Positions 37,875 through 52,685 of a stretch of DNA of 64,000 nt are shown one piece after another. Every line of letters begins with the position of its first letter. Position 1 is the first letter of the stretch. Source of the DNA: Octopus sinensis (Eukaryota); assembly GCF_006345805.1 (NCBI RefSeq), contig NC_043005.1:88164001-88228000 (forward strand), written 5' to 3'. The translations under genes and the position numbers were made by a program. The notes beneath the pieces were generated by a model. That model was not told the origin of the DNA. It ran no database searches and saw only the letters and a program-made list of their open reading frames with translations.

Positions 37875-39760
37875 CGGAGGACCGTCTCAAAGGCTTTCTC
37901 CAAGTCAACAAAGGCCAAGTACAGAGGTGTATCTTTGACTAGGTATTTTCTCCTACAGCTGCCTTATCAGAAATATAGCGTCAGTGGTGCTTCTACCTGG
38001 CACAAAACCAAACTGCATCTCATCTAAGCTCTCTCCCTAATCAGTTGGACTATGACTCTCTCCGTAAGTTTCATCACCTGATCTAACAATTTGATATGTC
38101 TGTAATTATTGCTATCTAAGGCTCACCATTACCTTTGTAGCAGTTGACTATGGTGCAGTTACACCAGTCATTTGGTATGACACCTTCGTGAACCACCTGA
38201 TTTATAATACGGGTGAGTAGATCATAACCCACACCACCAGATATTTTAAACATCTCAGCAGTAATTCCTGATGAGCTGGGGGCTTTCCCTATCTTCATAT
38301 CCTTAATTGCTTTATCTACCAAGGAACTGTCGATTAGGGTAGCTGGTTCCTCAGTTGGGTCATCATTTGGCAGACCCTCATATTTCCATTCATTCTCCAC
38401 GTTCATCAGCAGTTTTTCATAATGGCATTTCCAAGCCTCTTTCTTTGCAGAATCGATAAATGCAAATGCACCATCATCCATGCGGACACATTTCTCTCCT
38501 ATGACATCACGATTTTCCCTCACACAGTCTTGCAATCCGAAACACTTCAGTTCTTCGGTCCTCGCGTCGTTGAGTATATGCAGACCTCTTTTCCGCTTCT
38601 CCCTTGGCTAGATACACCTGCCCCTAGTTTCCCTTCTAGCTATCTGATACAGCTTCCTGCCACCCCTCTTCCAGACCTGTTTGTTTGCTCTAATGGCCCT
38701 GTCTACTGCATCGTTCCACCACCATGTTACCCTAGGTCTGGAAGGGACTTTGCACCAGCCGCAGATTTGGTCTGTGGAACTCAGCAGGATGTCCCGCAGG
38801 AATTCTGCGCTGCCCTCTCTGTCACAAGTTTGTAGCCCCTCCTCCCTCTCATCAAATTTCTCAATTAGAATCTCCCTAAATCTCTGACCATATGAAGGGT
38901 TTTTAAACTTCCAAATCCTTCGTTTCCAGATTCGTCTGCTTCTTGGCAACCTTCTGGTTTGGAGTCTAAAATCACTAATGACTAGTCTATGCTGATGGGG
39001 GGGTGTACATTCTTAACCAGGGAGGGTCTTTGTATTTAAGAGCAGCCATGCATTCCGCTGCTTGGTGAGAATGTAATCAATCTGGCTAGCACAGTTACCT
39101 GATTGATAGGTTATCAGGTAACTGTCTGGCTTCCTGAAGCTGGTGCTGTAAATCCATAGGTTATTCGCTTCACAGAACTGCAGTAGGCTTGTAACCTCTT
39201 CGTTTCGAGGGCCAATTCCATGGCCCCCATGGACACCATGAATGATACTGGTCATGCCCATTGAAATCCCCAGCCACAAAGATGCGATCATTGTCACTTG
39301 TCTTTGAGGTAACCTGCAGAAGAATATAATAAAAATGGTCCTTCTGTTCATTTGGTAGGTCTGCTTGTGGGGCATAAGCTATTCTGCAGGAGTAAGCTGA
39401 GTATAATCACTCTGTTGCACACTCTGACCTTATCCACCCATTTCTCAGCAAGAAGTATGCCCACATTCCCTATCCCGTCACTGTTGCCTTCCCAGAAGAT
39501 TTTATATCTAGGTGTCTTCCTTGTGGGGAATCTGGCTGAAGCCCCTCCCCACCTTAACTCTTGGATGCAGCAGCTTAAATCGACACGACCCCGTTCAAGC
39601 ATCTCAACAATCTCGCTAGATCTACTTTTCAATGTGCCTACACTGACAGTGCAAACTCTGAAAACTGAGAAAGGGACATGAGAAGGAACTTGGGAATGAT
39701 GGTTTTCGGCACCCAAAAAGAAGGTTTCAGTGGTAGTTTGATAACACATCAGTTGTTCTC
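37875..39760 (-). mobile_element. RTE-clade LINE (AP endonuclease to RT start), 3' truncated
   Basis: VGTLKSRSSEIVEMLERGRVD..IQELRW, GVGYDLL, NDWCNCTIVNCYKGNG, FVDLEKAF at the left end. Confidence 0.85.
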
Positions 39761-39789
39761 GCTTTAACCCATCAACTTTCGAACGTGTT

Positions 39790-40018
39790 AAAACTGTTGC
39801 CCCTGTTGGGGTGAGTGTAATTTAAGCATTAATATTCTTGTTGCATGCAGTGGTGTGGGCGATTGTTGATGACAAGAGCAAGAGGGGAAAAGGTATGCAA
39901 ATCTTCAGGTACAGAAGAGAAATTACCACAAAACAAATGTGAAATATCACGATTGGAAGATATCGTGACTCGCCAATTGTGTTACTTAATCTCGAGCAAC
40001 GGCGGGTATGCCTGCTAG
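39790..40018 (+). mobile_element. Helitron 3' terminal remnant
   Basis: CTCGAGCAACGGCGGGTATGCCTG-CTAG|T at 40015-40018, similar to the other Helitron ends; 5' limit is a guess. Confidence 0.45.
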
Positions 40019-40439
40019 TACATATAAATATGTGTACGTATATTTACATATATATGTGTGCATGTTTACATATCATGTGTGTGTGAAAGAGAGAGAGAGA
40101 GGGCATATGTATAAAGCTGTCATAATCATGAAAAATATTGAAGTTGTTCATGGAAAGAAGTACAGTTAACCTCTTCAAATCTTGAATATTGAATATTCCT
40201 CAATAACCTAAAAGTTATTATTTTCGCTTTGGTTGCCACAGATGGCATTGTGAGTAACAGCTTTAACAATACAAACATTGAAATGTTATATGAAAGAAGC
40301 ATTCAGAACTTGTTGCTGTGTGAATCCATACAATTTCATGGTGTCTGCGTTTTATAAAAAGGAGGCGTTGCTCGATATAATTTTGTTTGAGACTATGCAC
40401 CCGTCATAAATAAGCATTTCCCCATAATCGTAAATATCC

Positions 40440-40771
<332 letters not shown>

Positions 40772-40799
40772 GTAATATATATATATATATATATATATA

Positions 40800-41980
40800 C
40801 TAGCTTAAGGTGACCCGCTCTACGCGCGGGTAAGAGTGTGGTTGTTACTTTCTGTTGCTTCTTTTCAGCACGTAAAAAGCACCATCTGAATGTGGCCGAT
40901 TGCAGCGCCGCCTTGACTGGCTTCTGTTCCGATGGCACCTAAAAAGCACCAACCGATCGTGGCCGCTGCCAGCCCCCTGGCACCTGTGCCGGCGGCACGA
41001 AAAAGGCACCTACTACTCTCATAGAGTGGTTGGCGTTAGGAAGGGCATCCACCTTCCCAGACCCCGGTCAAACTGTCCAACCCGTGCTAGCATGGAAAAC
41101 GGACGATAAACGATGATGATGATGATGATGATTCTCCCTCTTTGTTTGTCTCTCCTTTCTCTCTCACTTTCCCACTCTCTTACTTTTCTTTTCTCTCGGA
41201 CTCTCCCTCGCTTTCTCTTACTCTCTATCTTTATCTATATCTCCCCCATTTATAAACAACAAAAGATCTTGAGTAAGTTGAGAAATAAAATATTTTGAAA
41301 GATTAATCATAAATATCAGGCAGTGACAACGGAAAGGTCTGCTTCAAGGCAGACAGCAAAACACTAACATTTAAAAGGGACAGACGAACTTGCGAGCTGA
41401 ATAAAAATAATAAAATATTGGAAACCAAAGTTTGAAGGGATAGAATCTGAGGTTAGTAGAGTCACCATGGCTGGCATTTCTTAACGACGGACAGCAACGT
41501 ATTGACAGTGTAACGGCTGGCGTAAAATTTTGAAGTTGATGTAAAAGAAAATTCCTGAACACCAAGTTTTGAAGTGATTCTTTCTCACGACAGTAGACTC
41601 ACCATGGCAAGCATTCAAAACTTCATCATGGACGGCAACACATGACGATTAAAAGGCTGGTGCAAATTTTTTAGCTTGATGTAACAGAGAATTGCTAAAC
41701 ACCCGCTCCTTTAAATTTTAATCCCCTTCCAGCCCCATTTAGACCCCTTTTCACATTTTGGTTAATATAACCCAATTTCATTCGGGTCTACTGGGGTCAC
41801 ATTTTATAAGATGAGGAATTTTGTCCTAGAGGTCACGCCTTTCATTTGAGGAAAAAAATAGTTGTCATGTAAACTTGCCAGCACTTTTAACATAGGTCTG
41901 CATATTTTCAGCTCAACCGACCACATAATGCACACATTATATATATATATATGTGTGTGTGTGTGTGCGTGTGTGTGTGT

Positions 41981-42013
<33 letters not shown>

Positions 42014-42338
42014 ACGCATTATATATACAAATATATACAAATTATATATATATATATATATGTATAAATTAAGTTAGAGATAAAACCACTAATAGGCAAA
42101 TCAAACAGTGAAAAACATAAAGCAAAACATAAAAATAAAAATATAATATACAAAATATATAAAATATAAAATTGACACCTTTTAACGTATCCCACTAACA
42201 TCCTCACCTCATTTTACATCTCCCTGTAAATTTTGGAGTCAATCCGACGGGATCTAGTGGTCTTTAACCCGTTCTCAATGCCAAAACCAGACAAACAAAC
42301 GAACAAACTTTTCGCATTTCAGATTTATAATATAGAGA
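40800..42338 (-). mobile_element. Non-autonomous Helitron, both ends present, with nested SINE
   Basis: 3' CTAG|T at 40800 with ACCCGC/GCGGGT hairpin (40813-40831); 5' A|TCTCTATATTATAAATCTGAAATGCGAAAAGTTTGTTCG at 42338. That the two ends belong to one element is inferred. Confidence 0.6.
40855..41130 (+). mobile_element. SINE with internal AAAAAGCACC repeats and RTE-type tail ending in (GAT)n
   Basis: Three GCAC(G/C)(T/A)AAAAAG(G)CACC units, then CCCGTGCTAGCATGGAAAACGGACGATAAACGATGATG. Confidence 0.7.
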
Positions 42339-42514
42339 TATATATGGGGCTGGCCAGATTGGAGCAACTTCGAGTATAGCCAGCCGAAATTGCAAAGATA
42401 ATCTGGAACTCGATTGAGGAAAGAAAACTCTGAATGACCCTTGTATCGTCTGTCTGGATGTTTCGCGTTGTTGTCCCATTTTTGTATTCATCTATCTATC
42501 TATCTATCTATCTA

Positions 42515-42575
<61 letters not shown>

Positions 42576-42581
<6 letters not shown>

Positions 42582-42973
42582 AATATAAGAGAGTGGTCAC
42601 TATATGGCTCACTCTAGCACTAGTTAATCCAAAAGGTTTCGACCACAAAGTACATGTTTCCCATGAAAGTCAGTACGATTGTTAGCTCACACGGACAGGG
42701 CAAATAAAAAATAACAAAATACAGATTATGTAAATTGTTTCGCTAATTATTAATGAAAAATGTAAAATACATGTAATTTTACATTTAATTCATTAATAGC
42801 GAAACAATTGTCCCCAAATAATCTGTATTTTTGTTATTTTTTATTTGCCCTGTCCGTGTGAGCTAACAATCGTACTGACTTTCATGGGAAACATGTATTT
42901 TTGTGGTCGAAACCTTTTGGATTAACTAGTGCTAGAGTGAGCCATATAGTGACCACTCTCTTATATTTATTTT
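42576..42973. repeat. ~400-bp near-perfect palindrome (foldback element)
   Basis: Arms AAAATAAATATAAGAGAGTGGTCAC.../...GTGACCACTCTCTTATATTTATTTT pair almost to the central TACATGTA (42768-42775). Confidence 0.9.
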
Positions 42974-43090
42974 GTAAAAATATTATAATATATTATAAAA
43001 TATTATAATAATCCAGGTTTCTCGGAGCACTAGGCCACTTGGTGTTGAATAGATATACTATTAAATTAGTATCTAATTCTCTCACCCTTA

Positions 43091-43139
<49 letters not shown>

Positions 43140-43160
43140 TATTATATATATATATATATA

Positions 43161-43552
43161 GGCGTAGGAGTGGCTGTGTGGTAAGTAGCTTGCTTACGAA
43201 CCACATGGTTCTGGGTTCAGTTCCACTGCGTGGCACCTTGGGCAAGTGTCTTCTACTATAGCCTCGGGCCGACCAAAGCCTTGTGAGTGGATTTGTTAGA
43301 CGGAAACTGAAAGAAGCCCGTCGTATATATGTATATATATATGTGGTGTATGTTTGTGTGTTGCGTTTGACCCCCAAAATCGCTTGACAACCGATGCTGG
43401 TGTGTTTACCTCCCCGTAACTTAGCGATTCGCCAAAAGAGACCGATAGAATAAGTACTAGGCTTACAAAGAATAAGTCCTGGGGTCGATTTCCTCGACTA
43501 AAGGCGGTGCTCCAGCATGGCCATAGTCAAATGACTGAAACAAGTAAATGAG
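43161..43552 (+). mobile_element. SINE family B, full length
   Basis: GGCGTAGGAGTGGCTGTGTGG head to ATGACTGAAACAAGTAAA tail. Confidence 0.88.
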
Positions 43553-43559
43553 TTAATGA

Positions 43560-43637
<78 letters not shown>

Positions 43638-43687
43638 AAAACAAGTAAAAAATAGAAAATGCTAAAATAATTTTATAGTGAACATTT

Positions 43688-43725
43688 CAGTACCGGTTTC
43701 GGTCATTTTGAGACCTTTTCAACTG
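43688..43725 (-). ncRNA. Minimal hammerhead fold (U3:A8) in the inverted arm
   Basis: Identical 38-mer to 36603-36640. Confidence 0.62.
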
Positions 43726-44282
43726 TAACGATTAAATAATTAAATTTAGAAAAATTAGAAGAAGAGTTTTCTTAAAAGAATATTTCTATAGTAGTGTTCA
43801 GATTTAAGTGGCATTCTGCCTTTCTCTGACTCCCTTGTTTGCACTTGTGTGTTCGAGGTAGTTGTGAGTTCTTGGTAGGGTAGTAGAGGGAAGGCTGGTG
43901 AGGAAAGGCCAAACAAAAAATGGTTTGCGTAAACGAATGGCCCTGCACAGATCCCAGATAAAAATTCCCCAAAACAGAAAATAGCTTTTAGCCAACACAT
44001 AGATACTTGCGCCAACAAAAAAACACCAACTTCAGAATTTCCCCCTCTACCAATTTAGGGACGATACAACCTCGAGACAACGAATAAGTAAGAAAATCTC
44101 TTTATTACAAAATACAAGCCACTTCTTAACGGGTCTACGACAAACAATTAATATACCTCAACTTTAGAATAAAAGAAAAAAATATATACACACACAAATA
44201 CTACACTCCATAGAATCCATTACTAATCAGCCCCTTCATAGCTATATTTACAACCCATTCATATTCTCCCTTCTCTGTTTTT

Positions 44283-44315
<33 letters not shown>

Positions 44316-44882
44316 ATCATCATCGTTATCATCATCATCGGCATCATCATCATCGCCACCATCATCACCACCATCTTCTCTTCTTCTCTTCTTTCTTCTT
44401 CTTCTTCTTCTTCATCATCATCGTTATCATCATCATCGTCGTCATAATCATCACCACCATCACCATCATCGTCATCTTCTCCTTCTCCTTCTCCTTCTTC
44501 TTCTTCTTCTTTCTTCTTCTTCTTCTTCTCCACCCCCTACCCCTTAAGTTTGTCACTAATGTTTTTTAGTATAACACCTACGCTAATTCTATAAACAAGC
44601 CTGTGAATATAAATATTCTCCTGAATTGAACTGAGACTGCCAGCCGCCACTGACCATTCAAAATACGACCATCAGGGCACTCCCAGATTCTCCCACCCCC
44701 CTTTCCTCACCAGCCTTCCCTCTACTACCCTACCAAGAACTCACAACTACCTCGAACACACAAGTGCAAACAAGGGAGTCAGAGAAAGGCAGAATGCCAC
44801 TTAAATCTGAACACTACTATAGAAATATTCTTTTAAGAAAACTTTTCTTCTAATTTTTCTAAATTTAATTATTTAATCGTTA

Positions 44883-44920
44883 CAGTTGAAAAGGTCTCAA
44901 AATGACCGAAACCGGTACTG
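44883..44920 (+). ncRNA. Minimal hammerhead fold (U3:A8), sense to the SLC22 pre-mRNA
   Basis: CAGTTGAAAAGGTCTCAAAATGACCGAAACCGGTACTG read on plus. Confidence 0.65.
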
Positions 44921-45036
44921 AAATGTTCACTATAAAATAATTTTAGCATTTTCTATTTTTTACTTGTTTTTTCATATATATCAACTCGTGTGTTCCTTTT
45001 CACCCTTATACATATATATATATATATATATATATA

Positions 45037-45220
45037 GGGAGTGTTCACAAAAAAAAGACGAAGACAGGTGGTATACAAAACAAACAGATGTATTAGTATA
45101 ACGCTCAGGAATAGAAAAAGTCTTTTACGTTTCGAGCCTACGCTCTTCTACAGAAAGGGACACAGAAAACAAGGCGAGAAACAAGGAGAGAAAAATGTGT
45201 GTAGTGGCTGACGATCTATC

Positions 45221-45222
<2 letters not shown>
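45037..45222 (-). mobile_element. Solo PLE-type pseudo-LTR in (TA)n containing a hammerhead-like fold at 45122-45157
   Basis: CTTT-CTGTAGA-A-GAGC gtag GCTC-GAA-ACGT-A-AAAG; related to 3616-3840. Confidence 0.5.
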
Positions 45223-45312
<90 letters not shown>

Positions 45313-45318
45313 AAAATA

Positions 45319-45629
45319 CATATTAGAGGGAAACCACTATGTGGGCACCCTTATGCTAGAAATAGATCCGCTATGGTCTTACCACTAAGAAATGTTCTCA
45401 AGAAAAATTTATGTATGGATTATTCGCATACATGTTTTACTATTAACACTATGTTAATAGTGAACATGTATGCGAATAATCCATATTTTTATTGCTTTTT
45501 CTTTTGTCTTGCTCGATTACGTTTTGGTTGTTTTGTTAAATGTTTCTTGAGAACATTTCGTAGTGGTAAGACCATAGCGGATCTATTTCTAGCTCAAGGG
45601 TGTCCACATAGTGGTTTCCCTCTAACATG
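45319..45629. mobile_element. MITE with 87-bp terminal inverted repeats, TA flanks and a nested internal hairpin
   Basis: TIRs 45319-45405 and 45543-45629; TA on both sides; internal inverted repeat 45415-45484. Confidence 0.8.
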
Positions 45630-45752
45630 TATATAATACAATTTTTCTGAACCTTCAGTTTTTTTATATGCTCGACCACTAGTGTGAAATCGATGTTGAT
45701 TAAATAAATATCTAATTTCTCACCCTCATTTTAAATTCAAATTTATATATAT

Positions 45753-45828
<76 letters not shown>

Positions 45829-45914
45829 CCAAGGTGCCATGCAGTGGGATTGTACCCAGAATTGTGTGCTTGGGAAGAAAACTTCTTACCACACAGTCAT
45901 GTTTGCACCACCCG

Positions 45915-46790
45915 ATCTTTGATTTATTCAGAAATTTCAATCTGCCGGTCACTTCAGAATCAAAAACACAAGACAAGCATCAGCTTCTTCTCCTGTTGGC
46001 CATTGCCATAAATATGGGGACCAAGTGGACTGCGGCGAAATAAGGAAGATCCTCATCTAAGTCAGGGGTTGGACAGCCCCCAGTAAGAGTATTTATAGCT
46101 GACATTGGTGACATTAGTCCCAAACAGTTGGTGAATTTTGCAAGACATACTTTACCAAGAAAGACTTACAACCCATCAAATCAAGTTCCATGATGCCAGA
46201 GAAAGGGAAGATGGTTGAAAAATTCCATTTCTTACTGTCTATAACCAGCAGTCACTTTATTACTAATTAACAATCAGGAGAACTCTTTTACACAGCTCTG
46301 AAATCTCTGCCATCCTTCAAATCCCCTCAATTACCAAGCAGAGAAATCATAGAATAAGGGACAGTTGGGACCTGAAGGTGTCATCAATTGGCATCAAAGT
46401 GGAAATGGAAGGTTTCAAGGTTATGCCTAATACCAAAGGAGTTCATGTGCAACATGGCAACTGGCAGAATGGGTTTAGGATAATTCCTACAAGACCCAGA
46501 TTGACAAGGTCCAGAGCAAAGATAGACACAATTTTATCCAGGGAGATATCGGGGAGTGAAGAAAATGGAATATGTTCTGGGGTTTTATTGATAGAGTTTT
46601 CTACAAAAGTACATCTCTATGATGCAATGTATGTTAGGACTGGATATTGATTGTGGTTCCAAGACATTGTCGCCATAGCGTGAAGTGTTCTGGAAATGGT
46701 ATTTAATAATCTTTCCAATATAACTCCTGGGTCAGAATAGATTCCGAGACTAAAACAATCTTGGAAAACAATCTTTACAATAAAGTCCCT
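45915..46790 (-). mobile_element. Decayed Tx1/L1-like ORF2 fragment (possible)
   Basis: Weak motifs only (PDLDEDLPYF resembling PGxDGLPYE); many stops. Confidence 0.35.
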
Positions 46791-47059
46791 CTACACAAAA
46801 TATTCTGGGTTAACCCTCAACAGTGGCATAAATACGAGAATAAAATTTGTTTCGGGGGTGCAAATCCAGGTGGAAATTTTTTTACAAAAAACGTCAATTT
46901 TTTTTTTCAATCTTAATATCGAAACAGATACAGTTGTAATAATAATAATAATAATAATAATAATATAATAAGAAGAAAGAAGAAGAAGAAGAAGAAGATT
47001 AATTATTATTATTATTATGGTTGTTGTTGTTGTTGTTGTTATTGTTATTGTTATTGTAA

Positions 47060-47154
<95 letters not shown>

Positions 47155-47158
47155 TATT

Positions 47159-51199
<4,041 letters not shown>

Positions 51200-51231
51200 C
51201 ATTATTATTATTATTATATTATTATTATATA

Positions 51232-51262
<31 letters not shown>

Positions 51263-51682
51263 CATATTATTATTATTATTATTATTATCATTATTATATT
51301 TGTACATCAGTCAATTCGGATACATTCAATCATGAAAGATAATTTTTCAAATTAACCCAAAAATGATTTTATGCTCATTCGTTTTGGTGATGAAGCTTTT
51401 TAGGAGATCGTTTAAAGCGTTTTCATTGCCCCTGCACCACCAAATTTTACTGGGTGTACTCGCACTGTTCCCGAGCCATGAACAGTGGCCCCTTTGACAT
51501 TGGACCATTCCCTATTATACAATCGATTCTGAGAGTGTCACATGACCGTTGTTCCTAGAATACACACTGACTATGGAAGGGGTCTCCAAGATACACTGTT
51601 TCTACATTTCCAAAACATAAAATTATTTTTATCAAAATTATAAAATGTATACATTAAATAATTTTCATATTTCTCATTGCAG

Positions 51683-51786
51683 CTGAATCTCGTTTGCGAT
51701 GATGCGATTCTGGCAAGGCACACCATTACCATTTTCTTCATGGGCTACCTTTTCGCCATGATCGTCTGTGGGGTTTCATCAGACAG
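51683..51786 (+). CDS. SLC22-like gene 2, coding exon 3 (104 nt, TM2)
   Basis: CATTGCAG acceptor, phase 0; LNLVCDDAILARHTITIFFMGYLFAMIVCGVSSDR; AG|GTAAAT donor, phase 2. Confidence 0.93.
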
Positions 51787-52287
51787 GTAAATTTTGTGTA
51801 TCATATCTGCATGCTGGTGTGTTTAGTGTTTGTATTATATTATAAATTTTTCGCCTATTTCATAAATATGTGTGTAGTGCATGAATCTGTATATATGGTT
51901 GTGGATGTTAACTCATGACCGAGCATGACCACTTCACAAATTCAAAAGGTCCTTGCAAACATTCTGGGAGTCCAAGAAGTTTCTGTGCATGGATTTGGTT
52001 TGTGAAAAAACATTTTTCTTAGCAAACTGCCATAAAACCAGAGGCACAACAGAAGCTGAGATGACCAGAAGCCAACTGCACTTCAATGCTTTTTTATACA
52101 TGTTTACCTTTGCCTAAGAGGAAGTTCCGACAAGAAATATGGGTCCTTCATTCCCAGTGATTTACATGCAAATTAAATCATACCTGGGACCCTAACAGGT
52201 GCTTCTATTACAGGTCTGGGAATAATACTTTAAATACATACATAAATATGTATGTACATGCTTACTCACAAACACACAATATATATG

Positions 52288-52345
<58 letters not shown>

Positions 52346-52365
52346 TGTGTGTGTCTGTGTGCATG

Positions 52366-52428
<63 letters not shown>

Positions 52429-52685
52429 TATGAATTTAAGTAACTTTGGATCTCCTTAAAAATGTTGTGTTAACATGTATTTTCGGTAATATTGATTTCA
52501 ATGATATTTTCTATATCTATATTTGTCGATACAACAGGAACGGTCGACGGCTTTCTTTGGTGAATTCAACAATTAAAGATGTGATTTTCTCTATCCCTAG
52601 TTTTGTGGTCTAATACTCTGAATTTCTTGAAATTCTTTTAAATGCTATTTAGATCTATTCGTCATCCATGGGGAATTCCTTTAGA

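Larger units (their letters stand above)
43633..44974 (+). mobile_element. 5'-truncated Penelope-like element with inverted pseudo-LTR
   Basis: Arms 43633-43908 and 44700-44974 are near-identical inverted repeats; 43909-44170 is the reverse complement of the GIY-YIG 3' region at 37320-37580; both flanks are TA repeats. Confidence 0.88.

Noticed and set aside
40860-41010. Three spaced AAAAAGCACC repeats resembling a CRISPR array
   Set aside because: Eukaryotic context, irregular units, internal to a SINE, no cas genes.
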